From Octopus sinensis (Eukaryota): a stretch of 64,000 nt of DNA. The stretch is taken from NCBI RefSeq assembly GCF_006345805.1, contig NC_043006.1, positions 93,744,001-93,808,000 of the forward strand. The letters are read 5' to 3'. A program made the position numbers and the translations under genes. How positions within the stretch are numbered: the first letter of the stretch is position 1; every line of letters starts with the position of its first letter. The notes below the pieces were generated by a model, which was given only the letters and a program-made list of their open reading frames with translations, was not told the origin of the DNA and searched no databases. Positions 1 to 12,810 of this stretch are shown piece by piece.

Positions 1-206
1 TGTACTCACATTAGATAGAATTAGCAGCATTTCGTCCGTCATTACGTTCTGAGTTCAAATTCCGTCGAGGCCGACTTTATCTTTCATCCTTTCGTCGTTT
101 CAAGCCCTGGGGTTGATGTTATCGACTTGCCCCCCCCCCACTGTGCCAAAAATTGAAACCAAATATCATTATTATAGTGACTACTTGTAAGCTGCGATAG
201 TCGTTA

Positions 207-420
207 CGGGCGGCGTGCTGGCAGAAACGTTAGCACGCCAGGCGCCGTTACGTTCTGAGTTCAAATTCCGCCGAGGTCGACTTTGCCTTTCATCCTTTCC
301 GGGTCGATTAAATAAGTACCAGTTACGCACTGGGGTCGGTGTAATCGACTTAGTCCGTTTGTCTGTCCTTATTTATCCTCTCTTTGTTTAGCCCCTTGTG
401 AGTAGTAAAGAAATAGGTAG
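207..420 (+). mobile_element. tRNA-derived SINE, family A (octopus-type), with short internal deletion
   Basis: Head GGCGGCGTGCTGGCAGAAACGTTAG, B-box-like GAGTTCAAATTCC, body GTCGACTTTGCCTTTCATCCTTTC, tail ...AGTAAAGAAATAGG. The same sequence recurs more than 15 times in the window. A partial copy also lies at 1-150. Confidence 0.85.
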
Positions 421-875
421 TGGTGGTGGCAGCGGATGGTGTTGGTGATGGTGTTGGCGATAAATGAAATGGCGGTAAATGTGATTAGGTGTTGCGTACG
501 GTGGGTAATTGTAGAAGGGCGTCAAAGACCTGTTACTGTTTGCGTTAATGGCCACCGCTGGATGGCAGGCTGTCCGGCCTGTGGGCTGGTTAGCTCTTTG
601 CTTGTTTGTCTGGTTGTGGTCGTTTCATGCCTGACTGCCTACTCTGCTTCCTCACCCCCACCCCGGGCTAGTGACTGTATGATGGAGAGTAGAGGAATGA
701 AGAGTGCCGCCTGTGACGTCGACAATTGCTGGTCGGCTCGTGGGGCTCGGTGTGGAACGGTGACGGTGGGGTACACGGGTGGCAGTGGCGAGATTGATTT
801 TTTAAAATTTACTAATTGCATACTAGAATAAATTGTTAATCAAATTTTTAATTCATTTAGCATTATCCCGCCTCT

Positions 876-928
<53 letters not shown>

Positions 929-949
929 ATCTTAATAATAATAATAATG

Positions 950-997
<48 letters not shown>

Positions 998-1003
998 TTG
1001 ATA

Positions 1004-1693
1004 ATGCCCTGATGCAGTACCAAGCAATGGCTCTCATGGCTGCTGATCTTAACTGATTGGAAGTGTTATCATGCACATTGTTTTACCTTGGTATAAAAGA
1101 TGGGCTTACAGTAGGCGGCGAGCTGGCAGAATCGTTAGCACGCCGGGTGAAATGCTTAGCGGTATTTCGTCTGCCGCTACTTTCTGAGTTCAAATTCCTC
1201 CGAGGTCGACTTTGCCTTTCATCCTTTCGGGGTCGATAAATAAAGTACCAGTTTCGCACTGGAGTCGTTGTAATCGACTTAATCCGTTTGTCTGTCCTTG
1301 TTTGTCCCCTCTATGTTTAGCCCCTTGTGGGCAATAAAGAAATATACAGTAAATATTCTGCTCAATACCACAGATTTGCTTCTCAGTTGTTTGACCATAA
1401 CCAGTTGGGCATGTCCCTTAGTGGCTGACAATATGTGCATCTCTGATCACGAGCAGAAGTAGTGGGGGAGCTTCATAGCCGTGTGTTCAAAGGAATTCTT
1501 TAGGGTTTGAATGAGTTACCTTTGGAAACATGGGTCTTTTGTTCATCGTCCTTAAACAACCCTTATTCAGGGACATTATTTAGAGGGATGTGTTACTCGA
1601 CAAGAAGAAAATTCTAACTGGGGCCCACCTGCAAGGTTATGCGCTGTTCATCTTGATATGAGATCACCATGTCACGCACATATGGTTGTGATG
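1004..1693 (+). mobile_element. ~540-bp non-coding interspersed element associated with (TAA)n, copy 1; interrupted by a SINE and 3'-truncated
   Basis: High similarity to the reverse complements of 12811-13312, 44028-44567 and 53461-53957. Preceded by (AAT)n at ~930-1000. Confidence 0.85.
1114..1344 (+). mobile_element. Full-length SINE family A with 7-bp target-site duplication
   Basis: TACAGTA at 1107-1113 and 1345-1351 flanks a complete head-to-tail copy nested in the 540-bp element. Confidence 0.9.
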
Positions 1694-1694
1694 A

Positions 1695-2170
1695 CCGCTA
1701 AAGGATGAAAGGCAAAGTCGACCTCGGCAGAATTTGAACCCAGAACGTAGCAGCAGACGAAATACCTGTTTCTTTACTACCCACAAGGAGCTAAACACGT
1801 AGGGGACAAACAAGGACAGACAAACGGATTAAGTCGATTATACCGACCCCAGTGCGCAACTGGTACTTAATTTATCAACCCCGAAAGGATGAAAGGCAAA
1901 GTCGACCTCGGCGCAATTTGAACCCAGAACGTAAAGGCAGACGAAATACCTGTTTCTTTACTACCCGCAAGAAGCTAAACACAGAGGGGACATACAAGGA
2001 CAGACAAACGGATTAAGTCGATTATACCGACCCCAGTGCGCAACTGGTACTTAACTTATCAACCCCGAAATGATGAAAGGCAAAGTCGACCTCAGCAGAA
2101 TTTGAAACCAGAACGTAGCGGCAGACGAAATACCACTAAGCATTTCGTCCGTCATGTTAACGTCTCTGCC
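1695..2170 (-). mobile_element. SINE family A head-to-tail concatemer (184-bp period)
   Basis: GACGAAATACC recurs at 1756, 1940 and 2124. The tail is joined to the internal TATTTCGTC motif. Confidence 0.85.
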
Positions 2171-2961
2171 TTACGTTTTCCCAGTTCACTCAGCTGTAAA
2201 TGGGGCCCCGCAAACTGTTAAGTTAATGCGGCGGCCCGTTCTGTAGGGAGTGTTGTAATCTCATTCCCTTATACACCATGGACATCGTGTTAATCTTCGG
2301 CCTTATAAATTATAGAGCCCTTGATAGTCCTACAGTTTTAGATCTTCTACGTATTGTCGAATGGGAAAGTACTTTTTAATAGATTAAAAATGTTGGTTAC
2401 ATTCTTCGTTTTTTTTTTTATGGAAAAGAAAACAACTGGATGAAGTACCACTATTTTAATTTAACTCCTCACCAAACTAGCTTAGAGTTTGTACGTAGCA
2501 TTTAGATTTGGGTTAGTGGACGAAACTTCCGCTGCATAGATCACCGCTCCAGCGTTGCATGACTGATTTAGGAGACATGCATTTGTATTTCTGCGTGTTC
2601 AGTTAGCCTTGATTAATTTAACTGGATGAGTTGTTGAGTTAATGCTACTATTGTCGTGCACACATGCACACTAACAACAACAAAAGCACACTCACACACA
2701 TACCTATATATATATACACACATATGAGTGGGCATATGTGCATGTATGTGTTTGTATGTATGTGTATATAGGTATAAGTGAATGTGTGAGTGTGTGATTT
2801 ACAACTATGTAAGCGTGCGTGCTTTTGTGAGTAACGATAGGAGCATTACATGAGAGCACTCGAGCTACAATAAGAACAATGAACTGACATTTTTCTAAAT
2901 AGCCTAGAATATATATATACATACATACATACATACATACATACATACATACATAGATACA

Positions 2962-2992
<31 letters not shown>

Positions 2993-3538
2993 CTGTGGTC
3001 GCTATTATAGCTGTCTCGTTCTTTCTTCACGCCAACACACACATACATGTAACATGTGACACACGCATATACATGTTCTAGTGTTTACAAGATAAATACA
3101 TATGTGATTTGTGCGTATATAAATACACACACACACACACACACACACACATTCACAATTACATACACATAAATACACAAACATCTACATATATAGTAAT
3201 ATCTCTTTCTTTCTCTCTATCTCTCTATATATACGTATGTAAGTACATAAGTATAAGTATATATATATATATGTATATATATACTTATATACATACATAT
3301 ACACACACACATATATATATGAGTACATGTCTGTGTATATGGAGATACGTGTGTGTATGAGTGTGTGTGTGTGTGATATTTGTGTCTTTATTTGCACACG
3401 TACTTATTTACTTATTTACACATGCGCATGTACATATGCAAATAAATGCCTATCTATCACCAAGTGTCTGCCAGTTATTTATACCGTATTCTCCCAATAA
3501 AACATACAATCATATATGCATAGAAACATATACATACG

Positions 3539-3570
<32 letters not shown>

Positions 3571-4446
3571 CGTGTGTGCATGAATGTATGTATGGATGTA
3601 TGTATGTATAGATATCGAGAGACGCCACCTGCCTTTTAGTTTTTTACTTGTTCACACACCTGCTTACTGTGCAAGGCACCTTATGTAAAACTAATTAAAC
3701 ACTTACACACTTACACACACACACGCTATCATTCCTTCCTCTCTCTCTGCTCTCTTAATCACTCACGCACACACACACACATACACACACACACACACAC
3801 ACACAGAGAGCATATGACTTGATATCTGTATCTAAAACTTTGTCGATCATAACAACCCCTTGTCCTTCTTCTCCCATTAAACGCCATATCTACTTCAATC
3901 CGCATATCTTTCACTCTTTGCCGTCGCAAATCTTCTCTTTTATCATTACTTGTTTCAGGTATTAGACTGCAGCCATGCTGGGGTCTTGAAGAATTTTAGT
4001 CGAACGATTCGACCCTTGCACTTTTTTTCCCTTAAAGTCTCTATGGGGTACTTTTGTCGAACCCCTAAGTTATGACGGAAACTGAAATAAGCTCGTGCCC
4101 CCCCCCACATATATATATTTTATTTTTATTTATTTTATTTATTTCATCTGGTTTCAGCTAGATAAAATATTATAAACATACGAGGAGTGTATGAAAAGTC
4201 TTGAGCCTCAAAAAAAAAAAAAAGACAAGGTACAAGACTTCAACGCTTATATATATATATATGGATGAATGAATTATCCTTTGTTTACCGTTAACATGGA
4301 AAATTCAATAAACAGTTACCAGTGTAGCAAAGTAACACGGATGAAGCGACCTATTCAAAGGTAGAAACTCCGGGTTAATGTGCAGTAATATGTGTATTAT
4401 AAGTAAATAAATGAAGTTGAACGAAGATGTTATTAAAATTCTTTTA

Positions 4447-4528
4447 CTTTCGACATATGTTTCGAAGACAACATGGTATTATTCCAAAGGAATAAACAGT
4501 GTAAAATGCAATCTTCTCATCAGGAAAG
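4447..4528 (-). ncRNA. Type I hammerhead ribozyme in the 3' pLTR region of the Penelope-like element
   Basis: Minus strand: CTTTC-CTGATGA-GAAGA[43 nt]TCTTC-GAAA-CATATG-TC-GAAAG. Stems I and II pair perfectly, stem III is palindromic, and the cleavage triplet is GUC. Confidence 0.85.
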
Positions 4529-4796
4529 AAAGAGAGCTTATCTCAACAACAAGACATTATAACAATTACGTTGACTGCCTAAATGATAAACAGAACGTTA
4601 TTAAGTATTTAAAAAACCGTTAGTAGATTTGACGTTAGGCAGATACTAGAAAGAGAAGTGTTAAAGAAATAATAAGTAGAGATCAAATAAAGGGGGATAC
4701 GTTGGTTGAAAAATGTTCAAAGGTTAAGAAGTAGATTTCTCTATTGAAGTAAAGGGCAAGTTAAACTAACTGTTCAAACTATAAAGACTGGCGAAA

Positions 4797-5186
4797 TCAC
4801 TTATATGAGTTAAAGGTATGTTTCTGCCAGTGTTTACATTTGTACGATCGCTGTATAAGTGTGTTTACAAGGTGATTCTTAGAGAAGAGAATATGGAAGA
4901 GTTCAGAGTTGCAAATGTTACAAAATCTCTTGCCCTTATCGAAAGGAAAGGATACGGACAGTATGAACCAATCTAACTTAAAATCTATATTATTGTCTTT
5001 AAGATGCCAAACCAATTTACTTAGCCCTGTGCTATGGCGTTTACTGCTATCCCTAAATGATGAATAATGATTTGAAATTCTCTTAGATAACTGGGAAGAG
5101 GATGCGCCTATGTAGAAGTAGACATCGGTACCGGCAGAAATTTTACACTGGTATATAGAATTCTTGATCTTAGAATTATTAGACAT
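4797..5186 (-). pseudogene. GIY-YIG endonuclease C-terminus of a Penelope-like element (Naiad-like type), 5'-truncated
   Basis: NSIYQCKI...FYIGASS...KRISNHYSSF (GIY-YIG), then LSKLVWHLK..W.IL..CNICNSE..CKH C-terminal Cys/His motif. An HHR lies downstream in a T-rich 3' region. The clade name is from recalled motif patterns. Confidence 0.8.
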
Positions 5187-6094
5187 AAATTTAATTGTTA
5201 GAATTCTGTTGCTCTGCTAGAAAGAAAGCCCAAATTCCCTAAAAATAGTATACTATCGTCTTTAAGACGGAATGGAATCTGTCGCGTAAATGATGGCCGG
5301 GCGATGGAGCCGGTCACCGGTCACCCTGGTTGATGCTTTTGTGTCGGCGGTAGTTTTGGCTGTGCTACATTAGCCTGGATTGGGGCAGTGGTAGGCAGGG
5401 AGATTTGCAGAGCAGGAGGAGTGACTCAAAGACACCCCGGGTGACACACACTCAAGTTGCACCACTTAAAGACATATTAAGTAATATAATTGTTGATTTC
5501 AAAGGGCTAAGTCGATTATATCAACACCAGTGTTCGATTAATTATTATTTTATCGGCCCCGAAATGATGGAAAGCAAAGTCAACATCAGCAGAATTTGAA
5601 CTCAGAACGTAAAAGCGGATAGAAAGGCGCTAAGCGATTTGCCCGGCGAGCGAACGATTCTGCCTGCTCGCCACTTTCTTAATTAATATTGATTTTAGGA
5701 AAAAGATGGAATGGTCGCGACGGGAGCGTTTTTGATTCTATAGGGCTTCTCCATCAGCTCTAACTCCGGATGAAACAACATCCCCAACAAACGGTATTAC
5801 CAGTCCAATGGTAGCATCACTATGAACAACGCAACTATGACCAGCAACACTATTCATGCAACTATCACCACCACCACCACCGCTGCCGCCGCCGCAAACA
5901 CCCTCCCCTCCACTACTGCCACAAATTCCAAGAACCAGACCCCAGCGCTAATACCATCAGCAACACTTCCACTACTACCAACGCAACTAGTACAGCCAGT
6001 ACCACGAATACCAAGATCACTAGCAAACCCCATCATCGAGTGCCGTTTCCATCGTTTGCGCATGCTTGTCAAATATTATTGGTTCTAATCTTTT

Positions 6095-6300
6095 CTATTG
6101 TAGGCACAAGGCCTGAATTTTGTAGGAAGGGGCCAGTTGATTACATTGACCCCAGTGCGTAACTGGTACTTATTTCATCGACCCCGAAAGGATGAAAGGC
6201 AAAGTCGACTTCGGAGGAATTTGAACTCAGAACGAAACGGCAGACGAAATGCCGCTTAGCATTTTGCCCAACATGCTAATGATTCTGCCAGCTCACCGCC
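6095..6300 (-). mobile_element. SINE family A
   Basis: Reverse complement of the family A head, B-box and body. Confidence 0.8.
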
Positions 6301-8144
6301 ATATTGATTCTAATCAAATAGCTCATTTTCGCGAGACCGACTATGGAATATTAACGATCAGCCATCAACGCAACTTCATTCATTTTTTTCCGCGCCAAGA
6401 ACTACGTTTTTAGGTTCCAGTGGCCCGTCTCATGGTTACGTGTTCTGTCTCTGTTTAGAAAACTAGTAACAAACTTATAACCGTTATGGAGGACACTTAT
6501 TCTTTCTCATTTTATTCACCTAGCAATTGCTATATTTAATTATGATCTGAATGATTCGATGTGGTTTGTCTAAGTCCTTATCGGCACATTTAGGATAATC
6601 TACCGTCAAACTGAGAGACTTCGAACACTTTTTGAAGTTTCGATGAAATTTCTTCTCAAAAATTATTTCCCCTTGATTTCATATTTCCAGTATATAACCT
6701 CACGACCATTCTTTGTGGATAACTACGAAGCAACCACAATCCCCACTTTGGTCGTATACTTAAAAAAAACTTCGTCTGATGTGGCTCCGGATATTTGGGG
6801 TAACTTAGGACATGTACATTAAGAACATAATACAGCGAAATATAATCTTGGACGTGGTACATTCTTAGAAACAAAATTTATTGAATGCGCTCATCACAAT
6901 AAAATACATAACCATTTAATTCAAGGTCATACTCGATCCTGGAACACTGGAGATGGAAGGGTGCGTCACAAACACTAGTATAGCTAGAGGGAGACGGTAG
7001 GGGCAGTCGGCCCAGAGTGGCACTTTTAAAGGGGCATCACTTTGGGTCTGCTGTAGGTAATATGTAGTTTTTGTGAGGTTCGGGGGCAGAAAACGAAAGG
7101 ACCGTCTCCCCGGGCGGCACACATTCTACCTACGCTAGTGGTAACAAACATTGTTAGTGCGTATTTGCTATAGAGGTTCTGATATTAACCAGCTGGATTT
7201 AAGACAATCAGTCGAAGGACTCTTTAAATATGCTAGCTTCGGATTCGTAGAAAGCTTGTTGCCATGGAAACGGCATGATTTTTACAGCGTGAGTATCTGC
7301 CGATTCGTCACTGTCAGTTTTCTCCCTGGTTGAAAACGAGGGTACTTGCTAGCATAGACATTAGTGTCTTAGCTTGAAGAGTAAATGTCTGAAATAAAGG
7401 TGTGAAGGTGTGTGGGATGGTATTTTTTCTTTATTTCCTTGTTTTTGGTTGTTTCTACCGTTTACAAACAATGTCCAAACCCACCCAAACGTACGAAGTC
7501 TCCCCATTTGTTGGTATTCGCTGTCAAAACACTTGGAACTGCATGAAAACGTTTGCGAGGTTTTTCTACTTCCCACTTACTTCTTATCGGTTAATTTCAT
7601 TCTGTTAATATTACGATATGAAGAAAGCTTGTTACCGCGTCGTCTTCGTCCGTCTTTACATTACGAATTCAATTCCGCCAAAGTCGACTTCACATTTTAT
7701 CCTCCCGAGATCGATGAAATAAATAAGTATCAAACGATCACCGGGGTGGATGTAATCGATTAACCCGTCTTCCAAAATGTGAAGCCTTGTGCTTTTAGTA
7801 GAAAGGATAATTAAAAGAAAGCTTCAGGACATTTGAAGAAGTCTACCTGCTCTGCTCCAGTCAATGCATAAACGACGTCAAATCTGAAGGTTCCGGTTTC
7901 GTTCCTGTTCATGTCGATGAAGCTCAATTCACAAAAGGAGAGAAAATAGTAGTGACGTAGTAAAGTTTGTTTATAACGACCAACCATTCATGACTATACA
8001 CACGTATCTACCTCGAGAGAATTACGGCGTACATAAAGAGATAACAAGAGAAAAAGAGAGGGAGGGGGAACTGTACAAAAGGCGAGGGAATGCAGGCGAC
8101 GATTGGATGATAAAAAGAAAGATCGATTGAATTGGTGGTTTTGG

Positions 8145-8470
8145 TGGAGGAAGAGGTGGTGGAGGTGGTGGTGGTGGCGGTGGTGGTGTAAGAGATGGTG
8201 GAGGTGGTGGTGGTGGTGGTGGTGGTTATGGTGGAGGAAGAGGTGGTGGAGGTGGTGTTGTGGGGGCTGGGTGGTGTAAGAGGTGGTGGGGTGGTGGTGG
8301 TGGTTGTTGGTGGTGTAAGAGTGGTGTGGAGTTGGTGGTGGTGGTGGAAAGAGGTGGTGGTGGTGGTGGTGGTGGTGGTGGTGGTGGTTGTGGTGGAGGA
8401 AGAGGTGGTGGTGGAGGTGGTGGTGGTGGTTGTGGTGGAGGAAGAGGTGGTGGAGGTGGTGGTGGTGGTG
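8145..8470. repeat. (GGT)n/(GGA)n low-complexity tract with repeated GTGGAGGAAGAGGTGGTG units
   Basis: Read directly from the sequence. Confidence 0.9.
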
Positions 8471-9376
8471 TAAATATAAAACAGTATTGTGGTTATGCTA
8501 TATTCGAAGAAACAGAAGTCAGCAAAACATTATCGATGGAGGAAGAGTAGAGAGTAGTAGATGAAGGGCAGTCAAAGGGCTGGTTGGCCAAGCGTGACAT
8601 AAGGCAAGTGAGGCACTCGTGCCTGGTTGAGAAGACTTTCGTTGAAGGGTCATCAACGCATTGCAGGCACAAGGTACATGATGATAACGATACACACACA
8701 CACAAAGGAATAGGGATTTTAAATCCAGGTAAACACCTTACATGCATCCTGAGGTGGTTACCCACATCGAATATTAGGAGATATTTAGAACCGTTTAGAA
8801 AGAACAATTATAGTTGTACGCCTTTTGATTGGTAAGTCCTGAGTTCGTTTCGAAGGAACTCGTGCATAGTTCCAGAGAATATTATGAAGACTTTCTAAAG
8901 AACGAAGTGTGATACATCTTTCAAAATGTATATCTCTCCATTTAGCAAACCTTTTGAAAAGGCTTAGGTCGGCGCCGAAGACTATACTAGAAGGCACTTG
9001 ATAAGGATGCCAAGCAGTGAGACTGAACTCGGAACCATGTGACTGGGGTGGGTGGGGGCGGAATCTATAGTAATTACAGGATTTGCAATACGACCTAATA
9101 AATCCTAACGGTGAGTATACAATCTCCATGAACAGATATAAGGGTGCTCAGTATATAAGTAAAATTCCCAAAGATGATTAAGATGTCTGTGTGTGTAAGT
9201 GTGTGTGTGTGTGTAAGTGTGTGTGTGTTTGTGCGTGCGTGTGTCTACTGACGCCATAAGAATTTAGAATCTTTGAGAGAACGTGAATTAATTCAATAGG
9301 GAAAACCTTCTATAACTCAGTATTCCACCTTCTTTTTAAAGCTTTTCCATTTTCAACCGTTAGAAGCGAATCTTTC

Positions 9377-9435
<59 letters not shown>

Positions 9436-9519
9436 CACACACACACACACACAGAGGCTATTGAGAATTTAGAGCTATGGACCTCAAGATGTTAAATATC
9501 AAACCCGAAATATTCTTTT

Positions 9520-9722
9520 CTCTTTTAGGTACAAGGCTTGAAATTTTGGTGGAGGGTGCCAATCGATTAGATCAACCCCAGTATGCAACTGGTACTTAAT
9601 TTATCGACCCCGAAAGGATGAAAGGCAAAGTCGACCTCGTCGGAATTTGAATACAGAACGTAAAGACAGACGAAATATCGCTAAGCATTTCGCCCGACGT
9701 GCTTACGTTTCTGCCAACTCAG
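9520..9722 (-). mobile_element. SINE family A
   Basis: Reverse complement of the family A consensus. Confidence 0.8.
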
Positions 9723-10647
9723 CGCTTTATCGAAAATGAAATATTAACAAGATATGAAATGGCTCGTTACATCGACCGGATGTTCTGCTTATAATAAATT
9801 GGTTGCTTATCAAATGCAAGCGTAAATATGTCAGTTTGTGTCTGTATGCGAGGAGTTTGTTTGATTGTTGCTATGTATGCATGTATGCATTCATGCATGC
9901 ATGCATGCATGTATGTATGTATGTATGTATATATTTATGCACGCATGCGTGTGTGTGTATGTATATATGTATGTACGTATGAATGTATGCGTGTATGTAT
10001 GTATGTATGTATGTATGTATGTATGTATGTATGCATGCATATATATATGTATGTATGTATATCTTCTGTGAATTTTATTTCTATATGCACCTAATCCTCA
10101 ATATTTACAATATAAATGAACAAGTATGTGTATTGTCCCACCCGTGCTAGCATGGAAGGTGGACATTAAACGGTGATGGTGATCATGATGATGATGATGA
10201 TGATGTGTGTATGTGTATTTCTCGGAAAGGCCTCGAAACGGAGCGTCCGAGACAAAAACAGATTTAGTTGTCGAAGTCTGAGTGGCAAGGAGACGGCTTT
10301 TGGTTATTTGTGATCAAAAAATACTTTTACTACGAATAATAACCCAGCTTTCAGATCGCCAACCTTCAATGCTTTTAGAAGGTTCCATCTTAAACTCATT
10401 GTTACCTGAGGGTGTGTGCGATTGTGTGTGTGTATGTGTGTGTGTGTGTGTGTGCGTGTGTGTGCGTGTGTGTGCGTGTGTGTGTGCGTGCGCGCGTGTG
10501 TGTGTGTGTATAATACTCAGATAAGAAAATAAGTGGAGCAACAATTAACAATTAGAAGTTGCTCTTTGGTATTAAAAGGTCATAGTTTAATTGTAGTTCA
10601 AGAACATTTACAGCTGTCTCAGTTTGTTATTTCGAAGTAAATTTCAT

Positions 10648-10700
<53 letters not shown>

Positions 10701-11441
10701 TGTATGTATGTGTTTGCCTGTGTATGTATGCATATATACATATGTGTGTGCGTGCGTCGCGTCTTATGACTGTCTCTCTGTCTACCTCTCTCGGATCTTT
10801 TCTATTGCTGTAACAGACAGATTTTGAAACTTCAAAATTAAGTGAAATTTTTCAATTTGCAATGTTGATGTGCTTTTCTTTTATTCTTTTGCTGAATCCG
10901 ACTACGTTATTTGTAGCAGAAAAATTGCAGAAAAATGTTACAGAGGTTAGATCATTTTACCTAATCAAAAACCAGGACTTCGAAGCTGGCATTTTCTGCC
11001 CGAGAGCTGTCTATCACAAAATGATAGCAAAAACATTACGACGACGAACTTTTCTTAAACAAAATGAAAGCAACATAATACGACGGCGCAAGTTGTAAAA
11101 TGTTCTGAGGTTTTAGTTAAGTCTTAATGAATAGAGACATGTGAAACGGTCGAACAGACATGAATATTATTTAAAAATGAAAAATCTTCAACGAAACTTT
11201 TTGGCGAGAAGTTGCACAGGGAAGACATGGTCTGACGTGGAATCAAAAATTTAGATAAAGGCATTCTATTATGAACATTTCCCAGCAACAGTGGGTTACT
11301 CAGCTTTTATCTTTTATAGAGTATTGTGTTTTTGCTCCACCCGTTATTTTCATAAAAGCTATTTTGTACAACCTTCACATTTCCTGTAAACTTTTACAAC
11401 GTTGTTGTATGTATGCGGGCATAGACCCTTGAAGTAAAAAA

Positions 11442-11938
11442 TTAACCCATTGCCTGCGGTGAACCCCATTTGGGGATCTGCTAAAAACAGTCCCACTGCT
11501 GGTTGTTCGTTGTATTTAAAGTGAATTGCTTATGGACATTGCATTTGCAGAGGTGTGCTTAACAATATTTAGTAGTTAAACTTTACCATTATTTGCTCTG
11601 GCTAATTCTAGACGTCATTTTATGTCATAAATCGCAATTTTTGAACGGCAAAATTATTGACTGTTTTTTTTTCTCTTATTTTGCATTTCCCATCTATATC
11701 ATTCATTGATATTTCATACACATTCGCATTTGATACTACAGTTTCAAAAATGCTAGAATATTTATTATTGAAATTTAACAGAAATATGCTTTTAATCAGC
11801 GATCTCTATTTGGGACTTATCGAAAGCTTTATCATAATTTCCAAAATATATCACATAATACTATATACTATTTTAACTCTTAAAACACCTGGCAAAGCCA
11901 AAAATATGAATTAAAAAATTTGGTAGTTAATGGGTTAA
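11442..11938. mobile_element. piggyBac-type MITE
   Basis: TTAA|CCCATT at 11442-11451 and AATGGG|TTAA at 11929-11938, i.e. a TTAA target duplication with short CCC-starting TIRs. No ORF. Confidence 0.55.
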
Positions 11939-11953
11939 ATATCATTATTATTG

Positions 11954-12162
11954 CAGCGTGGAAGGTGTTTATAAGCCATTTAAGAAACACACAGAAATCG
12001 TTAGATTCACTTCAATATTTAAATTTAACTTGCCAAAATATTTTCGTCGTTTTGAGACCGCGACCTGTTCACTGACAAAATTCCGTGCTGCATTTAAATA
12101 TTGAAGTGAATCTAACGGTTTTTGTGTGTTTCTTAAATGGCTTATAAACACCTTCCACGCTG
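11954..12162. mobile_element. Foldback mini-element with 71-bp inverted arms
   Basis: 11954-12024 and 12092-12162 are reverse complements with 2 mismatches. The loop is 67 bp. Confidence 0.9.
12030..12078 (-). ncRNA. Variant hammerhead ribozyme (G3-C8 core swap) in the foldback loop
   Basis: TTGTCA-GTGAACA-G-GTCG[11 nt]CGAC-GAAA-ATAT-TT-TGGCAA. All three stems pair; the core is GUGAACA instead of CUGANGA. Confidence 0.55.
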
Positions 12163-12247
12163 AAATTGTTTTCGTTCCAACACACGATCTCAGATCAGGT
12201 CACTTGCTATGCAAGTACATCTCCTTTATTATTATTGTTGTTGCTTA

Positions 12248-12730
12248 AGGCGGCGAGCTGGCAGAATTGTTTGCATGATGGGTAAAATACTCAACGGAAT
12301 CGTTTCCATACCGGGCAAAAACTCAACGGTATTTCGTCCGTCTTTACATTCTGAGTTCAAGTACCAGAGTGGTCAACTTTGCCTTACATCCTTTCGGGGT
12401 CGATAAAATAAGTACCAGTTGAATACTGAGGTGAATTTAATCGACTTACCCCTCCACCCCGAGATTGCTGGCTTTGTGCCAAAATTTGCAATCATTACTA
12501 TTGTTGTTGTTATTGTTCTTGTTAAGGCGGTGAACTGACAGAATCGGTGGAGCGTCGGACAAATGCTCTGCGCCATTTCGTTCGTCTTTATACTTTTCTG
12601 AATTCAAATTCCGCCCAGGTTGATCTTGTTTTTCATCCTCTGGGAACCGATCATCAAATAAGAAGCAGTTTGATATAATCGATTATATCCCAACCCGGAA
12701 AATTTCGGGCCTTGTACCCAAAGTAGAAAG
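12248..12730 (+). mobile_element. Two diverged family A-like SINE copies
   Basis: GGCGGCGAGCTGGCAGAA heads at ~12249 and ~12525, each followed by B-box-like and body motifs. Confidence 0.7.
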
Positions 12731-12756
12731 GATTATTATTATTATTATTATTATTA

Positions 12757-12802
<46 letters not shown>

Positions 12803-12810
12803 TTATCAAT

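Noticed and set aside
1695-2170. CRISPR-like regularly spaced repeats
   Set aside because: The whole 184-bp unit repeats with no unique spacers. It is a SINE concatemer in a eukaryote.
6600-6800. FLYWCH/MULE-like peptide (VIYWKYEIKGK) on the minus strand
   Set aside because: Too short and interrupted to support a call.
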